In this document: positions 20,349 through 30,150 of the stretch, piece after piece
Layout of the letters: the number at the start of each line of letters is the position of its first letter
Position numbering within the stretch: the stretch's first letter is position 1
Source of the DNA: an uncultured Candidatus Rokubacteria bacterium
Lineage (GTDB): Bacteria > Methylomirabilota > Methylomirabilia > Rokubacteriales > DASRDR01
NCBI GenBank assembly: GCA_963708025.1
Contig: CAVPSB010000028.1
Coordinates: 265 to 64,264, forward strand
DNA: 64,000 nt
Direction of reading: 5' to 3'
Translations under genes and position numbers: made by a program
Notes under the pieces: generated by a model
Databases searched by the model: none
What the model was told of the DNA's origin: nothing
Seen by the model: only the letters and a program-made list of their open reading frames with translations

Positions 20349-20357
20349 CGGTAGGGT

Positions 20358-21530
20358 CTACCCCATGACGCCGGCGCCGGCGTAGGCGACCCGTAGCTCC
20401 TTCCCCTCGGCGAACCGCTCCACCCGGTAGGGCGTGATGTCGATCGTGTGCGCGCGCCCGTCGAGCACCTGCTCGGCCATCAGGATCCCGACCACCGGCG
20501 AGAGCTTGAAGCCGTGTCCGGAAAAGCCCGCCGCGTAGTGAAGACCCGCCGCCTCGGCGGCGCTGCCCATGATCGGGTTCCAGTCCGGGCTGACCTCGTA
20601 CATCCCGCACCAGCCGCCGGTGATGGCCGCGTCGGCGATGCCCGGGATCAGGCGCGCCAGCCGGGTCACGACCTCGGTGACGGCCGCGGGGTCGGGCCGG
20701 TCCTCGTAGTGGTCGGGGTCGCCGGGGACGATCTCGTCGCGGGTGTTGCCGACCAGAAGCAGGCCGCCGGTCTCCGGGCGCAGGTAGACCTCGTTGACGA
20801 GGTCGGCGGTGACCGGGTGGCGCGGGCTCCAGTCGAAGGTGGGACGCAGGGTGACGATCGACTCCCGGCTCGGCGTGACGGGCAGGTCCAGGCCGGCCAG
20901 CCGCCCCACCGGCCGGGCCCAGGGGCCCACCGCGATCACCACGTGGGCGGCGGCGATGTCCCCGGCCGACGTCCGCACCGACCGGAGGCGCCCGCCGTCC
21001 ACCTCGATGCCGGTGGCCGGCGTCCCCTGCCGGAGGTCCCCGCCGAGGTCCACGAAGCGCCGGGCGAAGCTCGACGCGACGTCGTGCGGGTTCGCGTAGC
21101 CGGAGTGGGGCTCCCACACCACCGCCGCGTCCTCCGGGAGCCGCAGGGCCGGCGCGAGCTCCCGGACGTCGGCGGCGCCGATCAGGCTGGCCTCGATCCC
21201 GAGCGACCGGTTCATCGCGAGCGTGCGCTCGACGGTCTCCCGGCGGCCGGCCGGCCCGATGAACAGCATCCCGGTCTTCACGAAGCCCGACTCCCCGCCC
21301 ACCTCGTCCGCCCAGCGCTCGAAGATGCGGCGCGCCGCCAGCGCCATGGCGGCCGTGGTCGGCGTCGTGTAGTGGGTGCGGACGATGGCCGAGGACTTGG
21401 CCGACGTGCCGGAGCAGACGGTGTTCTTCTCGAGGAGGACGACCCGCCCCGCTCGCCGCCGGGCCAGGTTGAAGGCGATGCTGGTCCCCATCACCCCGCC
21501 GCCGATGACGACGACCTCCGCTCTATCCAT
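20358..21530 (-). CDS. FAD-dependent oxidoreductase (sarcosine oxidase beta/DAO family)
   Basis: VIGGGVMG, SPDWNPIMG, GFSGHGFKLSP. Confidence 0.9.
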   Translation of the reverse strand: MDRAEVVVIGGGVMGTSIAFNLARRRAGRVVLLEKNTVCSGTSAKSSAIVRTHYTTPTTAAMALAARRIFERWADEVGGESGFVKTGMLFIGPAGRRETVERTLAMNRSLGIEASLIGAADVRELAPALRLPEDAAVVWEPHSGYANPHDVASSFARRFVDLGGDLRQGTPATGIEVDGGRLRSVRTSAGDIAAAHVVIAVGPWARPVGRLAGLDLPVTPSRESIVTLRPTFDWSPRHPVTADLVNEVYLRPETGGLLLVGNTRDEIVPGDPDHYEDRPDPAAVTEVVTRLARLIPGIADAAITGGWCGMYEVSPDWNPIMGSAAEAAGLHYAAGFSGHGFKLSPVVGILMAEQVLDGRAHTIDITPYRVERFAEGKELRVAYAGAGVMG

Positions 21531-21681
21531 CGCGTGCCTCTCCCGTCGGGCGAGTCTCCGAAACGGCAGGAATCAGGGGCGCCGACCCCGGGCGCCCACC
21601 GCGGCGGTCGTCCGGGGTCCACCCCTTCTCGCATGGCGGGGCGGGCCCGTCAAGGGGGCACCCACCTCCGGGAGCCGGCGG

Positions 21682-23622
21682 TTACTGGGTGGTGAAGCTG
21701 AACACCGCGCTGACCTCTCGCCTCCCGCAGGGGCTGTGGCCACGGATCTGCCAGTAGTAGGTGGTGCCCGGAGACAGGGCCACCTGCGGCTTCCAGTGCG
21801 TCGCGGTGATGCCGGACACGGTCTCCAGGATCCCGGCCGGGGGCGGCTGGGTCGCCAGCACGACGTCGTAGGTGAGCGCGTTGTACGACGGCTCCCACAC
21901 CAGGAGAGGCGCCAGGGCGACGCCGACCGCGGCGTCGGCCGGGTCGAGCGGCTCCGCCGGCAGCGGGGGGCCGCAGCTCCCCTGGCGCTCGACGGCGCCC
22001 CGGTCGCACGTGGCAACGCCGCTGCCGCCGTCGGCCGGCCGCTGATGGCCGCGCTGGTCGAGGACCTGGCACACCCCGCCGGAATCGACGGCCGGGCTCC
22101 CCGCCTGCGGCTTGATAGCCCGGGTGAGCCCCCCGTAGAAGTCCAGCGGCAGCAGCACCGGGTTGACCGGCGCCGCGTCGGTGCCGGTCAGATCGTTTGG
22201 CTGGGTGAATACCCCGCAGCCATCGGTGGTGCCGACCAGGTTGTAGTCGTCGGAGGAGACGGCCCCCTCGCAGTCGTTCGACGATCCTCCGGCGAGCGCT
22301 GGCGTCAGCGCGACGTTCCCGGCCAGGATCGTGTTGCGCAGTGTGAAGCTCGCCCCGAAGTCGTTGATCCCACCGCCGGTGCCCTCGGCGGCGTTCCAGG
22401 AGATCGTCGAGTGCTTGATGTCGAATTGGGCGCCAAGCAGTCCGTAGAGGCCGCCGCCGCGGCCGCCGCCGAGGAAGCCGAGTGTCGCCGTGTTGTTCGA
22501 GATGGTGACCGAGTTCAAGATGACCGGGCCCCCGCCGGAGGCGTAGAGCCCGCCGCCGAACACGGCGAAGTTGGCGATCAGGCTGCTGCCCTTCACCTCG
22601 ATCGATCCTCCGGTCAGGAGATTGGACGAGCTGATGGCGCCGCCGAGGCCGGCGGTGTTGGCGTCGAACTCGGTGCCGGTCACCTTCACCGCGCCGCTCG
22701 ACTCCACGTAGATGCCACCCCCGCCGTATATCGAGGGGTCGAAGCTGACAACGAAGATGGTCGCGTTGCGGGTGAAGACGCTGGTCGCGATGCGCACGTC
22801 CTGGCCGGCGGCGAGGACCGCGAGGCCCCCGCCGCTCCGGTCGGCGAAGTTGTCGCTGACCGTGCTGTTGGTGAGGTGCAGCTCGCCGGCAGTCCAGATC
22901 CCGCCCCCCCGGCCGGCGAAGTCGTTGGCCACGGTGGTGCCGTCGGCGGAGTTGCCCGTGATCAGACTGCCGTCGATGAACACGCGCGCCCCCGCCTCGA
23001 TGTAGATCGCGCCCCCGTGGAGGGCCGTGTTGCTGCTGAACTCGCTGGCGATGATCCGCACCACTGGACCACCGCCCGCAAGGTTCCCGACGACGTACAG
23101 GCCGCCGCCCAGCCCGTCCGTAAGCGGGCTGGCGATGTTGTTGCGGACGGTCACCCGCTCCAGCAGCAGGTCGCCGGTGGTGTAGATCGCGCCGCCCGCG
23201 TAGGAGTTGCCGACAAACTGCGTCGCCGCACAGTTCTCCATGACGCTGTCCCGCACCGTCAGGGCGGCCTCGTAGTTGTAGAGACAGCTCACCGCCACCG
23301 GCGAGCGGAGCGTGACGCCGCTCAACGTGACCGGGGTCGCCGTGTCCCGGAAGATGAAGGCGGCGAAGCCCATCCCCTCCACGATGGTCACGCCCGCCCC
23401 GGCCCCCGTGATGGTGAGATTCGAGACTCTCACGTCCACGTCCCCGGTGTACGTCCCCGCTCGGATGTCGATCAGGTCCCCGGGCGCCGCCGCGTCCACC
23501 GCGGCCTGGATGCTCGAGTAGGTGCATGCTGTGGCACAGACGTCGAGGGTCGCGGCCTGCCCGATCCCGGGCGCCAGCGCCCACGCCAGCCAGCCGAGCA
23601 CGATCAGTCGGAGGGTTCGCAT
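21682..23622 (-). CDS. Secreted parallel beta-helix protein (GGAI/FxxN repeats, choice-of-anchor Q-like motif, C-terminal Fn3-like domain)
   Basis: Signal peptide, YSSIQAAVDAAAPGD, repeated GGAIY/GGGLY/FxxN, SPAVDSG..DQRG..CDRGAVE, LSPGTTYYWQI. Confidence 0.85.
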   Translation of the reverse strand: MRTLRLIVLGWLAWALAPGIGQAATLDVCATACTYSSIQAAVDAAAPGDLIDIRAGTYTGDVDVRVSNLTITGAGAGVTIVEGMGFAAFIFRDTATPVTLSGVTLRSPVAVSCLYNYEAALTVRDSVMENCAATQFVGNSYAGGAIYTTGDLLLERVTVRNNIASPLTDGLGGGLYVVGNLAGGGPVVRIIASEFSSNTALHGGAIYIEAGARVFIDGSLITGNSADGTTVANDFAGRGGGIWTAGELHLTNSTVSDNFADRSGGGLAVLAAGQDVRIATSVFTRNATIFVVSFDPSIYGGGGIYVESSGAVKVTGTEFDANTAGLGGAISSSNLLTGGSIEVKGSSLIANFAVFGGGLYASGGGPVILNSVTISNNTATLGFLGGGRGGGLYGLLGAQFDIKHSTISWNAAEGTGGGINDFGASFTLRNTILAGNVALTPALAGGSSNDCEGAVSSDDYNLVGTTDGCGVFTQPNDLTGTDAAPVNPVLLPLDFYGGLTRAIKPQAGSPAVDSGGVCQVLDQRGHQRPADGGSGVATCDRGAVERQGSCGPPLPAEPLDPADAAVGVALAPLLVWEPSYNALTYDVVLATQPPPAGILETVSGITATHWKPQVALSPGTTYYWQIRGHSPCGRREVSAVFSFTTQ

Positions 23623-23760
23623 GTCGGACCTCCCAGCCTTCCTGTGCATCACCGTCATCGGGCCGGGCGTCGGGACACCGACCCCCACCATGCTCGCGCC
23701 CATCGCGGCATACGAAGCAGTGGAGGTGTGCGACGACAGTGCCAGGACCGCCTCTGTTGA

Positions 23761-24402
23761 ATGACGTGGACTTGCGCGGCGGTCTCGTGCCGGCAGGGTG
23801 CCGACAGGGGTGGAGGTGGTGGTGGATGCCGAAGAAGTCGGCAGGCCCCGGGAGCCGCGCTCTCAGACGGGCGCGGCCGGCGCGGCTCCCAGCTCTGCTG
23901 GCCGCGCAGCGCGGCCGGAGGGTGGGAGGGCGGCGACGGCAATCCCTCCTACCCGTGGCGTGCTGCGCTGATCGCCCTGGGTCTCCTGAGCACGCTGGGC
24001 GCGGTGGCGGTTGCGTCGAGGTCGGCAGCTCGACGAGGCATGGCGAACCCGGCCGCCGTGGCGCACATCAGCATGGCGCTTGCATGTTGGGCGCTTGGTT
24101 GGCGCGCCTATCCGTATTGGATCAACGGTATTCTCCGGGCCAGCGACCAAGCCGCTGGAGGGATGTTCGACCCCAAGGCGTTGCCACCCATGGCGTGGAT
24201 CAGCGAGGTGTGGCGCGTTCCCACACTCTTCCTTTATCCCGTTGCGTTTGTCGGTTCCATGGCTCTCATCATCGCAGGCGTGAGAGCCATTCGCCAGGGC
24301 TCCAGCAGGAGTTATTGGCCTTGGGTTGTCATCATCTCTTCCGCGGTTACGCTCAGTTCGCTAATCTACTGTCCCAACTATGGCGTGTGGCTGCTGGATT
24401 GA
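23761..24402 (+). CDS. Hypothetical membrane protein (true start probably downstream)
   Basis: About four hydrophobic segments in the C-terminal 150 aa; composition visibly less GC-rich than neighbours. Confidence 0.4.
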   Translation: MTWTCAAVSCRQGADRGGGGGGCRRSRQAPGAALSDGRGRRGSQLCWPRSAAGGWEGGDGNPSYPWRAALIALGLLSTLGAVAVASRSAARRGMANPAAVAHISMALACWALGWRAYPYWINGILRASDQAAGGMFDPKALPPMAWISEVWRVPTLFLYPVAFVGSMALIIAGVRAIRQGSSRSYWPWVVIISSAVTLSSLIYCPNYGVWLLD

Positions 24403-25377
24403 GAAATCCTGCCAGGCCAAGCTCGCGAGGGATCGGAGACATGAAACGGCCGGAAGGGCACCAGTGCGTCGCGGGGATCGTGGCCGGTCAAGAAAAGTCG
24501 CTCGTGAGACCGCTCGCGGCCCGCTGAAAGGTCTGAAGCTGCTCCAACAGACGAGCGCCCGAGAGAAGAAGCGGATGATGCGCACCACGCGCGCGGCTCG
24601 GCCCATCTTCGAGGCTTCCTGCCCGACCCAGGCGGTGAACTCCGCGACGACCGGGTTGTGGTCGCTCAGACCCGCCCAGCGGGACCCCCTGACCACCCGG
24701 CAGGACGTGAGACGGGCGCCCCAGGCCGAGGGCACGAAGATCCCGTCGCAGTGGTAGGGCGCGATCCGGTCGGCGGACCACCGGAGGGTCTGGGCCAGCG
24801 GCCGTCCCGGGTTGGCGGCCTGCCAGCAGCTGATGAGGTCGAACTCGGCGGACAGCCGATCCAGGATCTCCCGCTCGCCCCGGCTCACCGTGAGCCGTTC
24901 GTTCGGGTGGCGGTTCCCGACCACCACGTTGAAGTCGCCACCCAGGATGAGATCCGCGCCGCCCCGCAGCCGGGCGACCCGGTCCAGGATCGCGTGCAGG
25001 GTCCGCACGTAGCCCCGCTCGCCCACCGGGCAGTGAACGCTGAAGACCCGGAGCGGACGTCCCGGAGAGAGGCTCGGCCCCGCGAGCTCCGCGCCCGTCA
25101 CCCACCCCCCGAACCCCGAGACCTTCAGGGGTGTGCCCCGGAGCCCGCGGAGAAGGATCGCGCTGCCCCAGCGCCGCGCGGGGGCCGTCGCCCACAGGAG
25201 CGTGTCGTTCGGTCCGGGCTGGAACCTCTCGCCCGGAGACTCCTGCGGCGCCCGGCACTCCTGGGCGAGGACGATGTCGGGGGCCAGCCGCGCGCAGATC
25301 CGTGACCAGTGGCCGCACCGCGCCGGGCTCCCGCCGGTCAGGAAGTTGTAGGCCACGACCCGGAGCGAGCCCGCCAA
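24361..25377 (-). CDS. Endonuclease/exonuclease/phosphatase (EEP) family protein
   Basis: VVAYN, LAQE, GGDFN, DGIF, SDHNPV. The tail beyond ~24620 looks like read-through. Confidence 0.85.
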   Translation of the reverse strand: MAGSLRVVAYNFLTGGSPARCGHWSRICARLAPDIVLAQECRAPQESPGERFQPGPNDTLLWATAPARRWGSAILLRGLRGTPLKVSGFGGWVTGAELAGPSLSPGRPLRVFSVHCPVGERGYVRTLHAILDRVARLRGGADLILGGDFNVVVGNRHPNERLTVSRGEREILDRLSAEFDLISCWQAANPGRPLAQTLRWSADRIAPYHCDGIFVPSAWGARLTSCRVVRGSRWAGLSDHNPVVAEFTAWVGQEASKMGRAARVVRIIRFFSRALVCWSSFRPFSGPRAVSRATFLDRPRSPRRTGALPAVSCLRSLASLAWQDFSIQQPHAIVGTVD

Positions 25378-25389
25378 CGCGGTCGGCGC

Positions 25390-26565
25390 TCAGGAAGCCG
25401 GCGCGTCGGCGCCGCGGACGTGGGCGTCAACCCACCGCGCGAGCTCCCAGATCGGCTTCTCCAGGTGGCAGAGCCGGCCGGGCTCGGCCAGGCGCGAGGC
25501 CAGCCCCTGCTGGACCGCGCGGCAGATCGCGATGTCCTCGTCCCGGATCGCCAGGAACCCCTGGACGAGCTGCTCCATCCCCGCCTCGAACCCCGGATCC
25601 GCCCGGGCCGCCGGCGAGACACAGATCAGCTTGTCGAGGCGGATCCGGCCCGGCCCCTCGGGAAAGACCCGGTAGAACTCGACGTGGTCCACCAGCAGCG
25701 TGATCAGGCCGAGCGGGTAGACGTGAACGAGCGTCGCCCGGCCGCGCTCCTCCGCGGTCAGCCGCGGGTTGACCGGCAGCGTCGGCACGCCCCACCCGTC
25801 GCCCTCCACGGAGCCGTCACCCGGTCGATACCGCATGTGGACGACGCTGAACGGGCCGTCGGAGTCCGGGGCCACGGCGAGGCGCGCCGGCATGGTCGGC
25901 TCCAGCGACTTCCGGTGGGTGCCGATGTGATGGTAGGGCTCCATGAAGTTCTCGCACATCAGCTTCCAATTCCAGCCGCAGTCCATGTCGAACGGGACGC
26001 TCCGCACCGTCTGGAGGCCGGCCAGGTCGTAGTTCCGGACCAGGAACGCCAGGCCGGCGAGCGCCGGGGCGAGGGGCGCGGCCTCCGCGTCGAAGCTCAC
26101 GAAGACGAAGCCCTCCCAGATCTCCGTCCGCAGGCACGGCAGGCGGCAGCTCGCCGGGTCGAAGTGCGGGGTCCGGTCCATCTCCGGCGCGCCGAGGAGC
26201 CGCCCGTCCAGCGCGTAGGTCCAGGTGTGGTACGGGCAGACCAGGGTCCGCGCGCGCCCTGCCCCGCTGACCACTAGCATCCCGCGGTGGCGACAGACCC
26301 GCGACAGCACGCGCACCACGCCATCGGCGCCGCGGATCATGAGCAGCGGCTCGCCGAGGAGGTCCAGGCTCATGAAGTCCCCGGGCTGGCCGACCTCGTC
26401 CGCCCGCCCGATGCACAGCCACTCTTTCCGGAAGATCCGGTCAACCTCGAGGTCGTAGAAGTCCTCCGACACGTAGCAGGCCGGCGCCAGGCCGCGCGGC
26501 CCGTCGGCCCAGGCGCCGACGGGTGGGATTCCGAGGAGCGGCCGGCGGTCGAACGACGACGTCGT
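25390..26565 (-). CDS. Rieske ring-hydroxylating/choline monooxygenase-like oxygenase alpha subunit
   Basis: CRHRG..CPYHTW Rieske motif, NWKLMCENFMEPYHHIGTH, ED..IC..VQQG. Start uncertain (ACG 26565 or GTG 26472). Confidence 0.92.
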   Translation of the reverse strand, partial: TTSSFDRRPLLGIPPVGAWADGPRGLAPACYVSEDFYDLEVDRIFRKEWLCIGRADEVGQPGDFMSLDLLGEPLLMIRGADGVVRVLSRVCRHRGMLVVSGAGRARTLVCPYHTWTYALDGRLLGAPEMDRTPHFDPASCRLPCLRTEIWEGFVFVSFDAEAAPLAPALAGLAFLVRNYDLAGLQTVRSVPFDMDCGWNWKLMCENFMEPYHHIGTHRKSLEPTMPARLAVAPDSDGPFSVVHMRYRPGDGSVEGDGWGVPTLPVNPRLTAEERGRATLVHVYPLGLITLLVDHVEFYRVFPEGPGRIRLDKLICVSPAARADPGFEAGMEQLVQGFLAIRDEDIAICRAVQQGLASRLAEPGRLCHLEKPIWELARWVDAHVRGADAPAS

Positions 26566-26576
26566 GTCCTCCCCCC

Positions 26577-26645
26577 TTTCGGGACCTCCCCCCCCACCCC
26601 CTCCCCCACCCTCCGGGGGGGGGGGGTCGGATGGAGCCTGCTTCG
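26577..26645 (-). repeat. G/C-run palindromic dispersed element, copy D (degenerate)
   Basis: Reverse complement has a C-run, then GGTGGGGGAGGGGTGGGGGGGGAGGTCCCGAAA. Confidence 0.65.
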
Positions 26646-26661
26646 AGTCCGCGGGCCAAGG

Positions 26662-27444
26662 TCAGCCACGCCAGCGCCCGCCGCTCACGTTGAGGACGGT
26701 CCCGCTCACCCAGTCGCCGCTCCCCCGGGCCAGGTAGAGACACGCGTGGGCCACCGGCTCCGGGCCGCCCAGCCCGAGCGGGTGCTCCGCCTCGTACGCC
26801 GCGCGCTCCGCCGGCGTCATCGGCTGGCCGGTGCCGGTCGGTCCCGGCGCGATGGCGTTGACCCGGATCCCGTGACCCTCGAGCTGCACCGAGAGCCCGA
26901 TGGTCAGCCCGATCAGGCCGGCCTTGGCGGCATTGTACGCGACCGTGATCGTCGGCGACCCCCGCCGGGCCGACGTCGAGCTGATGAAGATGATGCGGCC
27001 GCTCCGCCGCGCGATCATGTGGGGGATCACCGCCCGCGCACACCACCAGGCCCCCGAGAGGTCCACGTCGATGATCCGCCGCCAGTGGTCCTCGTCCAGC
27101 TCCCAGGCCCGTCCGGGCGGGGCGTCGAGGCCGGCGTTGTTGACGAGCACGTCGACCGCGCCGAACCGGTGGATGGTCTCCTCGACCATCCGGCGGACCC
27201 GCTCGGGATCCGTGATGTCCACGGGCACCGCGGCCGCGTTCCGGCCCTCGGCGGCCAGCTGCCGGGCGACCTCGGCCACCGCGGCCGCCTGGACGTCGGC
27301 CAGCATCACCGCGGCGCCGTCGCGCGCCAGGAAGCCGGCGATGCAGCGGCCGATCCCCTGGGCGGCGCCGGTGACCAGCGCCACCGTGCCGGCCAGCAAC
27401 CCGGACGGGGCCGGGCCGCGCGCGTCGTCTGGACGAGATACCAT
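26662..27444 (-). CDS. Classical SDR oxidoreductase (FabG-like)
   Basis: TGAAQGIG, NNAG, YNAAK, VNAIAPG. Confidence 0.92.
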   Translation of the reverse strand: MVSRPDDARGPAPSGLLAGTVALVTGAAQGIGRCIAGFLARDGAAVMLADVQAAAVAEVARQLAAEGRNAAAVPVDITDPERVRRMVEETIHRFGAVDVLVNNAGLDAPPGRAWELDEDHWRRIIDVDLSGAWWCARAVIPHMIARRSGRIIFISSTSARRGSPTITVAYNAAKAGLIGLTIGLSVQLEGHGIRVNAIAPGPTGTGQPMTPAERAAYEAEHPLGLGGPEPVAHACLYLARGSGDWVSGTVLNVSGGRWRG

Positions 27445-27486
27445 CGCTCGATCTCCTGCTGCAGCGCCGTGGGGTCGGGGTACCGC
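27432..27486. repeat. 55-bp direct repeat, copy 1 (pairs with 28420-28474)
   Basis: GACGAGATACCATCGCTCGATCTCC(T/C)GCTGCAGCGCCGTGGGGTCGGGGTACCGC, one mismatch. Confidence 0.95.
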
Positions 27487-27547
27487 AGGAAGTGATGGTG
27501 GCCCGGACGCGGCGGGGCCGTCAAGCGACCCCGGAGCGACGTCGGTT

Positions 27548-28412
27548 GACCTCGAGTACCGCGAGTATCGGCATCATCGTCCCGCCGAGCATCACGATGA
27601 TCATCTATGGCTCCGTGGCCGGGGTCTCCGTGGGAGCGCTCTTCGTCGCCGGCATCATTCCGGGGATCCTGGTGGCCGTCGTCCAGGGGCTGACGGTCTA
27701 CGCCATCGCCCGATCGCGGGGGTGGGGCGGGGACGCCCGGTTCTCCTGGAGGGGTCTCGGCAGGGCCATCCGGGCCGCCTGGCTGGCCCTCATCATGCCG
27801 CTGATCATCATCGGTGGGATCGTGTTCGCGGTCTTCACGCCGACCGAGGCCGGCGCGGTGGCGGTCGTGTACGGCATCGTGGTCGGGTTCCTGTTTCGCG
27901 TCCTGAGTCTACGAACGCTCTACCGGGCGCTGGTCGATGCGGCGGTCCTCACCGCGATCGTCATGATCCTGGTCTCGACCTCGATCAGCCTCACCTGGGT
28001 GTTCTCCCACGAGCAGATCCCTCAGCTGCTCACGGCCTGGTTTCTCACGCTCACCCAGGACCCCACGGTCTTGCTCCTCATCATCACCGTGCTCCTGCTG
28101 ATCATCGGATTCCCCCTGCCTGGCGATCCGATCCTGCTGATCATCGTGCCCATCCTCCTACCCGCCGTCAAAGCCATGGGGATCGATCTCCTGCACTTCG
28201 GCGTGATCGTGGCCTTCACCATCGCCATCGGCAATCAGACCCCACCGGTGGGGAGCTCACTGTTCGTGGTCAGCGCACTGTCGGGCAAGGGCATCATGGA
28301 GATCACCGTGGCGAACATTCCCTTCATTCTGGCGATGACCGGGCTGATGTACCTGCTGCTCTTCCTCCCTCAGCTGGTCGTTGTGTTGCCGCGCCTGGCC
28401 GGCCTGGCCTGA
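27548..28412 (+). pseudogene. dctM: TRAP transporter large permease, 5'-truncated
   Basis: IGIIVPPSITMIIY, ALFVAGIIPG, FTPTEAG, LHFG, TPPVG. The N-terminal third and dctP/dctQ are absent. Confidence 0.85.
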
Positions 28413-28413
28413 C

Positions 28414-29313
28414 TCACTCGACGAGATACCATCGCTCGATCTCCCGCTGCAGCGCCGTGGGGTCGGGGTACCGCCGCTCCACGTCCTCGATGAAGCCGGT
28501 CGCCTCCTCGGGTGTCGGCACCAGGTCACGGGGGGCGACCGCGAAGTCGTAGACCGAGAGCGCGGCGGTGGGCAGCCGGACGTCGAGTGGCACGACCTCC
28601 ACGCGGCGATGCCGGAGCAGGCGCTCGTACACGCTCCGGTAGAGGTCGGGGTCGTAGGGCGGATCGGCCGCCGGGGCGGGCGGCGCCGCTGCGACCCCCA
28701 GGGCGACCGCGACGCCGGCGAGCTGGTGCCAGAGGTCCTGCAGCACCCATGGCGGCGCGTCCTCCCGCTCCCGCTCGTGGAGTGGCCGGGCGGCGCGCCG
28801 GGCCCGCTCCGCCTCCAGGTGGAGACGGATCTCCCGGGACGGGACCGGGATCACGAACGCCGTCCCGGGGGCGGTCAGGAGCGGCTCGGTCGCGTCGTCC
28901 CCGGGTCGCGCCAGCTCGACGAAGCGGTTGCCCACCAGCGGCGTCTCGCCGACGAGCAGGTGCCCGGGGTCGGGATGGCGCCGCTCCCAGTCGAGGAGCG
29001 CCCGGCGCACCCAGAGGCCGACCGCCTTGCGGATCACGCCCTGGGTCACGCCGTTGACCACCGGGTACCGCCGCCCGGCGGGGCTCGCCTCGAAGGCCGG
29101 CCGCGCGGTGTCCCACTGGAGGAGGTGGACGGAGCGGCCCGCCGCGTGTGCCAGGTGCGCGAGCTGGTTGGCCAGGAGGCTCTTCCCGGTCCCCGGCAGG
29201 CCGGCGAAGAACACCCACCGCCGGGCCCGCGCCAGCGCGTCGAGCTGCGCGTGGAGGGGCGATCCCGCCGGCACCACCACCCGGGACAGCGCGGAACCGG
29301 TCGTCACGAGCAT
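28414..29313 (-). CDS. Hypothetical P-loop-containing protein
   Basis: FFAGLPGTGKS Walker A motif; 299 aa with host-like codon usage. Confidence 0.7.
   Translation of the reverse strand: MLVTTGSALSRVVVPAGSPLHAQLDALARARRWVFFAGLPGTGKSLLANQLAHLAHAAGRSVHLLQWDTARPAFEASPAGRRYPVVNGVTQGVIRKAVGLWVRRALLDWERRHPDPGHLLVGETPLVGNRFVELARPGDDATEPLLTAPGTAFVIPVPSREIRLHLEAERARRAARPLHEREREDAPPWVLQDLWHQLAGVAVALGVAAAPPAPAADPPYDPDLYRSVYERLLRHRRVEVVPLDVRLPTAALSVYDFAVAPRDLVPTPEEATGFIEDVERRYPDPTALQREIERWYLVE
28420..28474. repeat. 55-bp direct repeat, copy 2
   Basis: Matches 27432-27486; encodes the C-terminus of the 28414-29313 gene. Confidence 0.95.
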
Positions 29314-29592
29314 CGAGTATCGGGGGATTCGCGGCGCGACTCAACCCGGGTCTTTCAGCCTGTCGCAACGCAGCAGTACCCGGAACACCCGGCGCGACCA
29401 AAACTTGCACCCTGAAGTTCCTTGAAGCCAGACGCTGTGGGGCGGGAGGACTCGGCTCCGGGCCCCTCGACCCCCCTCCGGGCCCCTGACCCCGGCGGTG
29501 TGACCCCGGCGGTTGACCCACTGGGCCGCCTCGCGTAGCATCCCGGCCATCGGGAGGTGGCTGCCAATGAAGCGGGTGGAGGAGGCGACTCG

Positions 29593-30150
29593 ATGACAGG
29601 GAAGACCGTCCGCCGTGGGTCCGTGCCGCTCCTGTACCTCCTGGCTTTGGTCCTGGTGCCCGCTGCGGATGCCGTGCCGGCGGGCTTCCAGAAGTTCTAC
29701 GGCGAATGGGTCGGTACGGCGGTCTCGGACACCGGCGGTGAGATCGCGCCGCGGGACATCCGGACCAAGATCGAGCCGCAGGGGCAGGGCTTTTCGATCA
29801 CCTGGGTCCTGGTGATCCACAAGGCGGCGGGCAAGGACAAGCGCAGCGAGTTCTCGGTCAGCTTCCAGCCGACCAAGCGCCCGAACATCTACAGTTCAGC
29901 CATGCGCATGGACACGTTCGGCAACGCGGCCCCCCTCGACCCGCTGCGGGGCGACCCGTACATGTGGGCTCGGATTGAAGGCTCGACGATCATGGTTTAC
30001 GCGCTGGTCATCACCCAGGCCGGCGGCTACGAGATGCATGCGTACGAGCGAACGCTCACGCCAGCCGGCGTGATGAACCTGAAATATTTCCGTGTCCACG
30101 ACGGCGAAGTGCTCCGCGCCGTCACCGGGACCCTCAAGCGCACGAAGTAA
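29593..30150 (+). CDS. Hypothetical exported beta-rich protein
   Basis: GGAGG RBS, signal peptide ending near AADA. Confidence 0.75.
   Translation: MTGKTVRRGSVPLLYLLALVLVPAADAVPAGFQKFYGEWVGTAVSDTGGEIAPRDIRTKIEPQGQGFSITWVLVIHKAAGKDKRSEFSVSFQPTKRPNIYSSAMRMDTFGNAAPLDPLRGDPYMWARIEGSTIMVYALVITQAGGYEMHAYERTLTPAGVMNLKYFRVHDGEVLRAVTGTLKRTK

Noticed and set aside
29487-29520. Short tandem TGACCCCGGCGGT repeat
   Set aside because: Only about two and a half copies in GC-rich intergenic DNA; no functional support.
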